Part shown: positions 1 to 13,900 of the stretch, one piece after another | Position numbering within the stretch: the first letter of the stretch is position 1 | Layout of the letters: each line of letters begins with the position of its first letter | Assembly: GCA_012295275.1 (NCBI GenBank) | Contig: CM022665.1 | Location: forward strand, 23,870,001-23,934,000 | Length of the DNA stretch: 64,000 nt | Reading direction: 5' to 3' | Source of the DNA: Chrysomallon squamiferum | Taxonomy: Eukaryota; Animalia; Mollusca | Translations under genes and position numbers: made by a program | The notes under the pieces: model-generated | Seen by the model: the letters and a program-made list of their open reading frames with translations, nothing else | Told to the model about the DNA's origin: nothing | Database searches by the model: none

Positions 1-15
1 TATAAAAAAACGTAC

Positions 16-112
16 CCTTACAAATTTGTTTAATTTTCAAACCAGAATTTAGAAACGTATCAGAATATCCTGTTTTCCAGCAGGTATCTGGTCTTTCGTT
101 TATCGTACTCAT
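16..112 (-). CDS. Probable first coding exon of an unidentified gene running off the left edge (MSTINERPDTCWKTGYSDTFLNSGLKIKQICK-G/)
   Basis: ATG at 112 with an in-frame upstream TAA at 136-134. Open 97 nt ending at a phase-1 donor G|GTACG (15-14). Lies in a CpG-retaining promoter-like region divergent from the C2orf73-like gene. No family recognised. Confidence 0.4.
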
Positions 113-824
113 CACATTACATTTTTCTCCAAATTACATAACCAACCAACCAAAATAAAGATACGTTTATTTTTCTTATTTAATTAGGCTTACTCAATTG
201 TACGTTATGACATGCAACACATTAATCTGAACATAACGGAAGAGGTGCCCGAGCAAATCAAGTTTTTTTTTTGTCATTTTAAACTTACAAACGTAGATCA
301 GCTGCCATTTACATATAAAGTATAGAGCACGAAAACAAAAACAAACATCCTTTTTAAAACGGAAAAATAATATGCGTAACAGTACATCAATTTTGACGCA
401 CGTTTTATAAATTAATGACACAAAACAACTTATAAATAAAACAAAATACAGATGTTTCTGATCACGATTTTTTCCCTTCACCAAGGTCGAAACAAGAAAA
501 GTACATGGAGAAAAAAGGTGGAATTATTTTAAATATGATATATAAATCACAAATATGGGATCCTGAAAACGCTAGCGGAAAAATTACGTCACTGCGATTG
601 TTTAGCTGTTACGCCATCTACTTATGGTAATTAAAACATTCAAACGTTATCAGTTAGAAGTCCAAACGGTTCGATGGGCAGAAACAGATTTTATTCCGAT
701 GAATAACATTTAATAAGGTATTTAAATTTTATGAAAAATAATTTGATTAATACATGGTACCAACAACATGACGTTACAATATGTATGACATAAATTAAAA
801 CAAGACTTTGCAAAATGAGTAATA

Positions 825-832
<8 letters not shown>

Positions 833-877
<45 letters not shown>
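833..877. repeat. (AAT)n microsatellite
   Basis: Perfect trinucleotide run; source of the poly-Y/poly-L ORFs in the track. Confidence 0.95.
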
Positions 878-884
<7 letters not shown>

Positions 885-1092
885 TAAATAAATAAAAAAT
901 CGAGAGAAAAAGTATGTGTGTGTAAAAAGTGTAAGTACAAAAAAAAAAAAAAAAAAAAACACCCCCAAAACCCCCATTAAATGTATTTATTTTCCATAGT
1001 GCCTAGAAAGTATGCATATATATATAATTATTTTTGTTATTGTTATTATTTTTCTTTAATATTACAGGCCAGACAGCTTTCGTGTCATTAGC

Positions 1093-3216
1093 ATGGATGC
1101 TGAGGAATATCACCCCAAATATCCGGACTGTGAGGTGAAACCAGTATATGAAAAGGACACATTACCAACCAGAAAACTACTTCCAGATATTCCAGTTCGA
1201 CAAACAAGAAGCCTGACAAAATCAATTTCTGACTTCAGAGCACATAATCCACAGCCAAAAAGTTGTAGTTTCATCTGTCATGATGTTAGGTTGTTAAATG
1301 AACCAATCTGTACAGTGGCTACATGGGACACACAACAGGATCAGGCAAATTGGTGGCCAAGTGGAATGCCAAGGGAACCACTGCCACAGCCACCACACAC
1401 GTTAGATTCTACATACAGAAAAGATTTTCTTTACCGAGAATCCAGTGTACCATCTGGATCAACACGACATCTTTCCAATCCTAACAAAGTGCCAGCTTTG
1501 GGTACAGGTCAGAAGTTTATCATTGTTTATTTTATTATGTTAATGTATCACTACATATCATAAATTAATATTCTTTTCACTTTATTTTATTTTATTTATT
1601 TATTTATTTTTTTGAAAATTTGTCTTTTAAAAATAATAAATATTTCTGCCTTTTGCAAAGAAAAATGTTCACAGAAAAATTAGCCTCTCGTCAAAAGACT
1701 GAATTTTACACTAATCACGTATGTTTCAGAAATTGTTTAATTCAACTTATTGATAAAAAGATGTCAGAATTAAAACTTTAAAATTTTTATCTTGTGAATG
1801 ACATATTAAAGTTATGAAATGATGGAATTTGAATAATTTTTAAAACTTACTGATAATTATAATATAATCATTATTTATATATTTATTTTATTTTCTTTTA
1901 TTATTTTTTTCTTTTCTCAGTTCCAGTTAATCATTTGAGACAAAAAGATGGAAAGCAACGTTTCTTCAAAGAGGATATATCTTATCAGCACATATACAAC
2001 AGCAGGGCAAACCCCAATTATCCTTACGGTTTAAGGGTATTGACATATTGTTCATTACATTAAAAAATAAGATATATTTTTTAATATGAAATAATTGTAA
2101 TTCAAAAAACAAACGAGTACTGAAGAAACAAATCAAATCAAAGAAGTAACTGAGAAAACTACAGTATTCATTTCATTAAAAGTACTGAACCTATCTACTC
2201 ATTTAAGATTTATGTTGTTTTAGCACTGCCTGTTATTTGTACATGAGAAGGTAGGTTGAATATGAACATTACTATTTAAGAAGATATATATGTGGGCATG
2301 TTTTAGTCCTTTTAGTAGACATAAATTGAATACGGTTTCTCAACTCAAATTCTGTCTGTGTATATAATACCAACAGATTATAATTAAGAAAATTTAAAAA
2401 AAAAAAAAAAAAATACAAGCTAAAAAAAAACAAACAATAATCAACAGGTAACAATGCATATTGAAGAATAATTGCAATAGCCATATTCAACAGTGAGTTC
2501 TCACAGAGCTTTCTGGTTGTGACTGGTATTACTTGTTATACAATAACGTGCATGCATAATTTGATCTTCTTACATAATTATTGTTATTTTATACTGTTTC
2601 CAAATTATATTCAGTTATAAAATAAAATATAAAAATATAATTTATCTGGGTTTTTCACATTTAATAATAATTCACTTCTCGGTCTAAATAATGCAACTCA
2701 CTAAGATTTGGTACATCTCACATTCATTTCTTTTTGTTTTGTTTCTAGCGCCAGGGTGCATTTGTTTGGAAACAGCTGTCACAAGAGCAACATGAGAAAT
2801 TTATCAATTATCAAAAGCAAATGGAAGAATATGAAAGAAATATGGCGAACCAGAAAACAGAATACACCTGTGAGGACATGAACAAACCAAAAATAGTGCC
2901 CGAACCTGAAGTTAAATTATGTCCCAGTACATCAGAGAATGTTAATAAATATGCTGTGAAATCATCATCATCAACAACATCCCTTACAAAGGAGAAAAAG
3001 ATGACACCAGCAGCTACTCCACTTGCAAGTCCCAGCTTAAGCAATGTTGCAGCGAATTCACCTCTAGAGTCAATATTTTATGAACAAGATGTTGGCACCC
3101 AGACATCACCAGTTAATAGATGCGATTCACCTGCCCTAAACTGGCCAAATGTGAACTACAATCTAAGAATGGATGGTTCAAAGCTTATTTATGAAATTCC
3201 TAAAAGAACAGAATAG
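1093..3216 (+). CDS. C2orf73: C2orf73-like uncharacterised protein (about 332 aa, 3 coding exons)
   Basis: Exons 1093-1507, 1921-2036, 2749-3216 splice in frame with GT-AG. The protein contains LLNEPICTV, NWWP, STYRKDF, G-VP, ISYQHIYNSR..PNYP..RRQGAFVW, which matches my recall of the C2orf73 family C-terminal motif (HxYxSR..P..RHGAFV). A non-coding upstream exon is implied by the acceptor at 1067. Confidence 0.75.
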
Positions 3217-6018
3217 ATTTAATTTGTTCTGGTTTCACTTTAAAATTATTTTTATCTTAGAAAAAAAATAATAGTAAGAACAAAAACAAAATGAATGAAA
3301 TGTACATTTACTATTCAGATATTTACTGTCAAATATAACAAAGTAAAAAGTAATGTTACTGGCAATCATATTAAACATGTAAATGTAACTGATGTATAAA
3401 TACATTGCAATGGATATTGGATTGTTACCCAAACTTTGTACATGTGAAATTTCTGTATTAATATGATGTAGCTATTGCTATTTGTATTTGTTTAAGATTT
3501 GTTTTTCTTATTTAAAAAAACAACAATAAAAAAAAAAGTTTAACTGGTGCAAATCTTTATTAGCCAGACTTGATTATAATCTCACCAACTAACTTACGAT
3601 ACAGCTTTTCATACAGTGAGTTTATTTCAGCTGATATTAAATAAGATTGTATTACTCTTTGAATATTTTTTATTTTATTTTATTTATTTTTTTATGTACA
3701 TGATACTAGGATGGATTTTTAAACTTTGTATGTGTGAATGTATTATATTTCCTATAAAACAAGCCGAACATTCAAGTTCTGTAAAATCTTAAGGGTACTT
3801 ACTTTTTTTTGTTTTTTAATGAAGTCATTATTTGACACTTAAAATGTTTGAAATTATTTTATATTACAGAATATTATTGTTTTGGGGTTCTTTCTGTTTT
3901 GTTTTGGGTTTTTTAAAATTATTATTTATTTTATACTCAGTATAGTTGCAATAAGAAAGGGAAAATTAATGTTTTTCCACCTGTAGGGTAGTAATGAACA
4001 TAAACAAGATATTCTTGTTTTATTTATCATTAATATTATTTCATATTTTGAAAGTGCCATTATATATTATTCAATGAATATTTATCATGTATGTGCCTAT
4101 TAACAATAAGTTTTTAAACAGTAATATTTTGTCATGCTACTGTTTCATTTTTGAGAAATAATGATAAACTCAAGAACAGGCTAAACAAACAGTAAATTTC
4201 AGTATTACTAATAGCTAGTGTTTACAAAGGGTAGTGTTGTTTTGTATCATGTGTCTTTCTATTGTTTATTTATATATCATTTTGGAGTGGTTAGATGTAT
4301 TTTTATTTAATTATATGCATATATTTTAAATGTCTTGTTACTGTTTAGAAATAAATTAAGTTTTGTAACATATTCAAGAATTGTGATAGCCTTTACTCTT
4401 ATTATGTAAATAGGTCTTTTAAAAAAAATAGTTTTATACTATGCAGTTACATACTTTATTTTGTACATAAAATATATTCTATGCTGTTTGCTGTGATAAT
4501 GCCAAACTATTAAGTGGGTAACTTTTGATTATTTAGAATGCTATTTTTATTTATTTAAAAAAAAATATTTTTGTTTCTGTACATTGAATGGATTTCTAAC
4601 TAACATAATTACCGGCTTTTGAATTCTGTTTGACTGTAATGGAATGTGACACGATAAAACAATGATATATTTCATTTTTAAATGTATTATTGTTATTTTA
4701 TAGAATCCTACTGTCGTTTTTATATTACGTGAATTACTATTTGGTATTTCATTATTTATAAACAGATTACGAAACCTAGCCACAGTGCTTATTGATTATG
4801 TGTAATGAAATAGCCAAATAAATAATTTCAAAACCATTTTCTTTTTGTCTGTTGTTTTAAATAGTCAAAACTGTATTCTTTTGTGCATACATGCATTCAT
4901 ACATGTATATATAATATATGAGGGTACATTTTAGAATGTGATTAAAATAACTGATTAATGGGAAGTACAAGCATGACATATTTATTCTAAAATAAAGAAT
5001 AACAACAAATGTGAAACATGTAGCTAAATTAAAGTTTATTTAATGCTTGAAAGCTGTCCTTCAATGTATGTATAAATATATAATATTATATAAAATATTA
5101 AAACATTTAATAACTTTTCCTCAAACATCTTTCAAAACCATAACTCAGATACACAGGTTTTTATTTGGTCATAAAAATGGAATCAATTTGTAAAAATTAA
5201 TTTTTCATACTGAATTTGTTTTTTAAAAATGAAGCTGACCAGGGAACAATGATTGTCTTTGGTCATAGGTGAACTGCATCCAAATTATAAATGAGAAAGG
5301 AAAATAATGAAAACATACAAGATTAAATGCAATAATGTGCAGGGCTAACCAATTGTGTATCAAATATATTAAATATTTTAAAATTATATTTCAGTACCAG
5401 ATAGATAAGCAGAGTTGAAAACTGAAGGACATTTATATTCTAAATTTTATTAGCAAGTCTTTTTTTGTTTTTTAATGAAATTTAAGTCTATTATAAAACT
5501 CCATTAGTTTTAAACAGAATTTTCTAAATACATAAATTATCATTATAATGATTTTAAATAAAATATATGCAAGTCTCCAAGTTTTCATTAAAAGAGGTAA
5601 CAAATAAAGCATACCTCATATGTTTGTTATTACAGAAATATTTATGATATTTTTTAAATTTGTTTTCCATCCTATCTAAAAGCATATGAAATATACTGAA
5701 CTACATATGTGCATTATTTAAAACAAAATAAACAAATAACAACAACAAGAATTAAAAAAAACACCAAAAACCCTCCCCTCCCAAATTAACAAGCATCAAC
5801 ACCCCCAAAACAAAGAAATGTAATCAATTAGAACACATTACTTTCTAAACTCTATTATATTAACAACTATTTCTAAAGACTTATGTTTTAAAATCCCCAC
5901 AAGTGATCGCATTTCACAAAACTGAAAGTCATATCATGTCCATAACAAATATGTTAAGTTTACAAGTCAGAAGTAATCCCAAGCTCTGCAAAAAAGAGTT
6001 GTAAGTACTCAGTGTGTG

Positions 6019-9000
6019 TCACACAACACCTGCATTGTTAATCTGTAATAGAGTACTTGCAAAGGGCTCAAATTCTGAAAACAAGAGATATTCTTGTACT
6101 GCTACTGGTACTATTCCTCCGTAACTTTCAAGCTTTGTTTTACTGTAGTTTCTCTTCTTTGCCAGTTCCAAGACAATCTTTTTACGGCAGATATGAGCCA
6201 ATGTGTATGTAGATGCTAAAAAAAATATAATAATAATAATATCAAAATACACATGCACAGACACACACACACACGCTTACAGTTTAGTATTATGACTTTA
6301 GTAAATCATTCAAAATTAACATTTCATAAAATGATAATAATCATCTTTACAGATGTCAAATGGAGGGCTTATTAAAACAACTTGTATAGTTTTATTACTA
6401 TATTCATCAATAACATGCAAAAAATAAAGATACAGTGTATGAAATGCTGTCATAAAATTCATCTTATTGAACATACTTAAAATAAATTTTAACTAAGAAA
6501 AATTTATATTATATTCTTTTATTGGTCTAATGAAAAATGGGAAAAGCAAAGAGGAAGGAAAAAATGACTAAAATACCTGATATTTTTTTGAAGTGCTTTC
6601 TTTGTTTTTCTGTAAACTGTTCCATAAATTCACTTGGAATGTCAAGAAAATGGCAAAAACACATTAATGATGAAAAGACAGTAAAACACTTTGATGGATG
6701 GAATTCATCAATTAAGTTTTGGATGGACATTTTGGGCTGCTGAAGGCCATTCATATCTGTCCTGCTAGAGAACAGACTCACTGCTTCCCCACCAGCAAGC
6801 AACAGAGGCCACACAAACCTCTCCTTACAGACAGCATCCCCACCATTTGCATACTCATTTTCATAAGTGAGATCGTTTCTAAGAGCTATCATCATTGCCA
6901 AGTTACCTGTCACTTTTTTGTGATAGATATTTGGATTAGCACCAAACTGCAGCAACAGTTTACAGAATCTCATATTTTTACTGCACAGCATTGCAACTAG
7001 AGGCGGGACATCATTTTCCAGCAGCCCATTTGGACTCAATCCCAATTTCAACAACATCTTTGCACCTTGTTCTGGCCAGTCCTCCTCAATGTGGCACAGC
7101 AGTGACCCTTGCAGAGTCTGATTTGACTCCAACATGAAGTTTGCCAGCAGTGGATGGTCTTCAGGGTCAAAGGGTAATGAAACATTCATCTCAAAACCAG
7201 CTGACAATAATAACTGGAGAATTTTTGTCTCTTTCAGTTTGAGAGCTAGTAACAATGGATGCATTTGTATATCTGAGCAAGATTCGATCTTGTTCTGATC
7301 TGTGACTGGCAGAAGTAATTTAACAGAACTGAATGTGAAGAAAAAAACAAAACAAAAAACAACAACGATGAAATAATAAATTTAAATCAATTTTATCTTC
7401 TACTAGTAAATATATTACAATACATAACTGTCCCAGCTGCCTAATTGAAACAATATATTCTGAGTGAACAGTACTTAATGAATCAATGAATTTATTAACA
7501 TTATACATGTACAATTTCAAATTTTCAAATCTTTTGAAAAATTTACTTCTTAAAAAATATTTATCATATACATATTGAAATGGAAGTAATTCATTACACC
7601 CACTAAGGAATTTTATGCAAAATAAAAAGACTTGTTTTACCTCCAATGGTTTTTGTAAATGGCATACTGCAATGCTACAGCATGAGTGTCAGTCACCTGG
7701 ATGTTTGGATCTGCTCCACAATCGAGTAAAAGTTCAATACATTCAGTGTGACCTTCCTGAGCAGCTATGAGAAGTGGTGAGGCATTGTCTTTGGCAGTCT
7801 CATTGACAAGATAAAGCTGATCTGTATAAAGAGTAGAAGTTAATCCATTTTATAAAATTAACAATATTAATGATCTGCATAAAATGTAAGAATTAAAATA
7901 ATTTATTAAAAATAACAAATGAAATAGTAAAATGAAAAATATAAAGTTGGTATGTATAAGTATTTGAAATTTTAAAATGTATAATAAATCAAATAATATT
8001 TATTAAGGCTCGATAAAAATTAATAATTAAACTGAATAGTAATAAAATGTTTAACAATTTAAGATGTTAATTATAAAAATTCATGAAATACAATGAGTTA
8101 TTAACAACTGGATGAATTAAGTGAAAGAAAGAAAATGAAAAATAAAATGTTTTCATTCATAATTCTTGTGTATTTTATAAATAAATAATATTTCCTTTTT
8201 AAGAGATCATAGATTTTAATTAGAAAGATTATTCAAAACAACTGTGTATTTTTTTTTTCACTGCTGTATGCTGAATGTAATTAATTTCAAACAAACTCGA
8301 GCAACTGAGTTTTAACATGTTCATTTACAAACAGATATTCAAGATAACATTTACCCCTGTCTGCTGCAACTTTCAGGAGAATTCGGAGAACATCAATTTG
8401 TCCAGCATGTGCTGCCAAAAATATTGGACTCAGATGGTGTTCTGTGAAAACATCAAGCCTAGCACCATGGTTTAGAAAATATGCCACAATGTTTACATTT
8501 CCTTTCTCTGCTGCTAAGTGAAGTGGAGTGTATTTTGTGTAAATTTTACAATTTACATCAGCTCCCCTTTTGACTAGAAGTCTTATACAGTCTCTTGATT
8601 TGGCCACTAAGGCTGAAATGGCAATAACATGTATGCTTCAGTGTTTGTAATAAAGTGCTCCTAATGCTAATAAATAGTAGGATTTACATCACTGGGTTCA
8701 TTATACAGGATCTGCTTGTTTAAATCCTTTAGGCAGAGATTAATTTTAAAGTTATAATTTAATGCTATATATTTTTTTCTTTTTATAGAAAAGAAATTAA
8801 GGACTACAGTTACTTTATGCTAGAATAACCACTGCTAAATCTTTACAATGTTATGGCTAAAAGGCAAGACTTGTTTACTTACATTCTATATTTCTGCTTC
8901 AGATGGATTTACAAAATAAACAGTGAATGTATGGGGTTCAGTCTATATATTAATTAAAATAATTATAAAAATAAAATTCACCTTCCCACAGAGGTGAAAA

Positions 9001-9861
9001 TCCTTCATTAGTGTGAAGATTAGGATCAGCATTGAAGTTAAGAAGCAATCTAACACAAACTGTATGTCCATTTCTTGCAGCCAATAGCATTGCTGTTTCC
9101 TTTTCAAATGTTTCCCAGTTGGGGTCAGTAGCTTCTGCAGTTTATGAAGAGAAAATTAACGATTATATCCAGATACTCAACACATCAAAAAAGATACATT
9201 TTTAACTGGAAAAGCTGAATTAATTTAGAACAGAAATATTATAAACAAGCTGAACAACTTATGTAATAACACACACACACACATATTTTTTTTACCTTGT
9301 CTAAGTAGGAATTCAAGACAGCCAGGATGGTCATTTGATGCTGCCTCATGTGTGGGTCTCCAGCCTCTGTTATCCTTGACATCAACTGGCCTTCCTGCCA
9401 TTCAGAGTAAAAGAAAAATAAACAAAACATTATTAGAACCATTAGTTTTTAAATCATGCAAAGGTCAGTATATACAGACATATTTTAATTAGTAATATCT
9501 TAATAGGTAACATACTGAAACAATAAACAAAAGTAAGAAGGAGTCACATGCAAACATGTATTTAAAAATAATAATAATAAAATAAAAATAAAACAAATAC
9601 ATAAAACAATATCATCTAATATTAACTTTCATCTGTCATTGTGGCAATAACTAAAAACTGAAATAAATGTATATTTTGATGTTCTGTGATGTTAAATGTG
9701 CTACTTTCAAAAAAAAAAAAAAAAAAAAAAAATTAATGAATTAAAAAAGAAAGAAATCGCAAACCATTCCAAACAAGATTTTGTAAACCCAGAAGGTCTC
9801 CACATCGTGCCATTATTGCCACTGTTGAACAAGTGTCAATGTATGCTTCTTTAAAATTCAT
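6019..9861 (-). CDS. ASB3: Ankyrin repeat and SOCS box protein 3 (about 578 aa, 7 coding exons)
   Basis: Exons 9861-9765, 9394-9296, 9134-8982, 8612-8355, 7821-7641, 7328-6577, 6215-6019, all GT-AG and in frame. N-terminus [22 protein letters not shown]...[19 protein letters not shown] resembles human ASB3 [22 protein letters not shown]...GRSVDVADNRGWMPIHEAA. Ankyrin repeat [26 protein letters not shown]; C-terminal SOCS box [10 protein letters not shown]...[11 protein letters not shown]. Confidence 0.92.
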
Positions 9862-10099
9862 AGCTGTTTTTATCTAGAAAGAAATAGGTAATATATCTTG
9901 TAGCATTTTTATTGCAAAATTACTTACTTTAGAGTGAACATTTTTTTTTAGAAAATTAAATAAAAATAAAAGGAAATTTAAAAAAAAGCCTGCATGCATT
10001 TATCACATTTATTATTTGAAAATTATACAATTTATAAATTATTATTATTATTATTTTTTTTTTTCGTTTTTTTTTTTTTTAAATTATTGCTGGTTAAAC

Positions 10100-10958
10100 C
10101 TGACAAACTGAATGTGTTTAACAAACAAAATATATTCAGACGTAATGAATACGAATAATTTTATTCATTACTTAACAAACGTGGTGTGAAACGGGGAAAA
10201 CAGAAAGTAATTTATGCCTCCTTTCTAGCAGTTATCTACACAAACACCAAGAAATCGTTTCAATTTTAGAAAATAACCTAGATTGGGCCTCTTTAAAAGT
10301 TACCTAACGTCTGACTGCAAACTGCAAAGAGATTTATTGATTTTAAGACGTTATACCTTTTAAAAATGTACGTACACTTATAATGGGATAAATTTTTAAA
10401 AAATTAAATGACTGCCACAAAATACAACATTGCTAAACATAATGTAGTACATGATCATAAAATTATTTCTGCTTTCTTCCATTGTTAATTTGATCTTCAT
10501 TAATACCTAGAGTTATCGAACATGGTATAAAAATAGAAACAATTGTTTGGACCCCAAATAGTTCAGTTCTGATGTTTTATACCCATCTTTGATGAAAGAA
10601 GACGCGGTGTTATATTTATTTGTGTAAATCTCTTAATTTCTGTACAGTTGAACATTTATTTCTAATACGCATACAGTAAAAAATGGTAATGATGTCGATC
10701 TTTTAAATATATAGCATTGATTTTAGACTGTTATAATTGGGTCAAAATGATGTGAGTCCACCATTTCCTTGGACCAAATGTCTCAAAAAAATGCATAATA
10801 TTGGTCAGTTCGATCATTTCCTGTAATTCCTAAACTTCCGCTTCGTTTAGTGGACGTATTTTCATATTATTTAACGAAAATATTTATATTTTACTAATAA
10901 GACTTTTTAAATTATTTATCATAAGGCAAATTAGTATATGTAATTAGAGTGTAGAGAA
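10100..10958. promoter_or_regulatory. Bidirectional promoter region ASB3/SART1 with ETS (GABP-like) motifs
   Basis: Start codons are 1.1 kb apart and head-to-head. CpG is locally retained. ACTTCCG at 10834-10840 and CATTTCCTGT at 10815-10824. Confidence 0.55.
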
Positions 10959-13900
10959 ATGGGTTCCTCTAAGAAACATAAAGAAAAAGACCGAGAGCAC
11001 AAACACAAACGTCGCAGGCATCATTCCCGGTCTCGATCGAAGGAACGTCATAGTAAAAGAAAAGAAAAAAGAGAGACCAGACATGACAAAACTGACGAAC
11101 GTGAAAACGAACTTTATTCACAATCATCAAATAAGTCTGTCAATGAAATACAAGAAGCAGTCACTGGTAATATAAATTTTTATAACTGTAACAAATAAAC
11201 ATAAGATGAGCATAGCATTAAATTTTAAATTCAAAATTGTATATAAAAATGTAAATACCAGTTATTAATGTTCGTAATAATTATAAACTTGATAAGTAAT
11301 GCTTCTTTAAAAAATTAAATTCTTATATATGTAAATGAGCAGGTTCATCCAAAAATGATAATGTTGATGTCTTTGTTATCACACATTCATAGTATTATCA
11401 ATATGAATATCTGAATATTATTTATTAGCCGAATTAGAAGGTTTACATGTATTTATTTATTTATTCATTTCAGATGGGCCAACAGGTGCATCTGGAGATT
11501 CCAGTCTTAGTATTCAGGAAACAAAGTAAGTGCTAAACACTGGACTTCACTTATGTTATTATAATTACATTGTTAACATACAATTTCAATTACTAGCTCT
11601 CTAGCTTTGTAATTAGTTAATATTATTATATTTTTCTAATTGTTATTAATTCCTCAGTGTGCTGTCACATATTTAATCTTGGAGAAAGAGATGTTTTAAT
11701 TTTTTCTGTTCATTTATACATGTAACATTGTTACCTATTATAAAAATCAGCACTGATCAGTTTAGTAGATAGCTTTTATTCTTTGTGGTACAAATGTGAT
11801 GATTTTGAAATCACTTAGGTTAAAAGTATTTGACTTAATATTAATACTAAAAAAAAAAAAATCCAGTTTTCAGCTTATACATGTTTTCTGTTTCAATTTT
11901 AAAATATTACTGTATTTTCAATGGTGATAAATTTATTTTGCAGCCGTCTTCGTATCAAGCTTGGTTTGAAGCCATTGGAAGTAACTGGTGGAAGTTCTAC
12001 AAATGGTGGGTGTTTAATGTCATAATGTATGCAGCTAGATAGATAGAGCCTATATTAGTTTAGTATTTGTATTAACTACTTGAAATTGAAAATATCCTTC
12101 ACAAATGAACTAAACCTATATACAAATGGTATATTCCCAAATACTGTGAGTTAGTAAATGTTAACAACTGAGAAGATATATCCATTTTTTGATCCATTCT
12201 TTCCAATTAAAATGCTTTTTATTGTTGATACATTGGCTAGTAGTCTGATTCATGTGTAATGCCAGTGATTCCCTCAACCACTCGAGTTTTGGAATTGTTA
12301 TGTTAAGTTATGTATATTGTTTTGCACATTTTGTGTTCATATTTTCAATCTAATTGTTCAAATAAAATGATTTTAAAATAACATTTTCCAGTAAATTGCA
12401 TTTTAACTTTGTTAAGTGTTTGTATAAAGTCACATATATTTCTTATTGTGAAAAGATCCTGATGATAAAACAAAGCAGCAAGAGGATGTACATGCACCTC
12501 CTGTCAACTGGGGAGAACAGAAGAAAACAGAAAGACTCAGAGAAAAACTTCAGGCTCAGAAAGAAAAGAGACTCATAACAGACAAGTTAAAGTATGTGAA
12601 CATCATTTATTTTTAATTTAGCATGGCAGTGCAAGTTATTTTGTAATAATCAACTGTTCTGTTTCAGTCATATAATCATTATTTTTTTGAAATTTAACAT
12701 TAAGATTAGTTACTGAGGTTTGGTTGGTTTCAGGATCAATTGTTGTGTCTTTTGGGCTATTTTCCATTTCCAGTCTCAGTTACTAATATATCTGAGACTA
12801 GTATGTGCTTTCATGGAAAATATACATGTATTAAAGATCTCTTGATTACATTTCTTCCTGCTCTCATTACAAAATCCCAAATCTGTCAATAGCCATTAAT
12901 ATTTACTTTATTAAGATTTATTTTCCAGCTGTTTGTCAGAAATTATATTTTCATATTTAAATGTATGTACTTAAAAAATCAAAAACAGCATTATATCGTA
13001 TTGGGTTAGAAACCATGTTAGTAATTTATTTATTTATTTTTTTAAAACACTTTTTTATTTTTTTTAATTAATTTATAGAAAGGTCAAGACCCTTGGAGAA
13101 AGTGATTCAGATGATGAAAGTGCATCAACTTGGGTTAAGAAAAACAGAAAAATTGTTAAGGAGAAATTATTAGCAGAAAAAAGGGTAGGCTTGTCATTGC
13201 TGTTTCTTTTTCATAAATTTTTATAATTTAAAGACCACTTTATTCTGAATGAATATAAATATAATTTAAAAAATATAGTAAAATACATTGTTGTCTATTT
13301 AATATTACTTTTCAACATTAAATCAGTTGTATTATTCTAATTTAAATAACATTAACATTAATTCGTTTTGCTATAAAAAGGTGTAAAATGCTATTTTCTA
13401 AAATGCCAATCCATATTTGAAATAAATATTTTAAAAATAACTTAATTTATTGCATATTAAAGGTAGTGAAAGAAAATAATGAAGAGAATTATTTATAGAA
13501 ACCTTTTAACAAAGTTTGAAAAGAAATGAATAAATTTTTAGTTTTTGGAATAATAATTTTTGTTTTAATTTGTAACAGGCAAAGATGTTGCAGGAAATGG
13601 ATGAAGAGTTTGGTATAAGTGGATTGCTGGAGGAAGAATTTCATGATAAAAGCAAGGTAAACAAAAAATTGGCTGTAATACATTAAAGGAAAAACATTTT
13701 CTTCTAGTGTTTTGTTTAGCCGTCAAACTCAAAGCACATAAAATACATATTCATTGTTTATATTACTATTTGTCTATCAGGAAATTTACATATACAGACT
13801 CCTTTCATAGTAAATTTTTCCAATTAATTTTGTAACTGTCATCAAAAAAAACCCAACACAATCTGTAAACATCATCCCACATTCAGGTGACCAGTCAACA

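Noticed and set aside
13864-13885. TGTAAACATC, resembling the miR-30 5' end
   Set aside because: Only 10 nt match, no hairpin partner is visible, and miR-30 is a vertebrate family.
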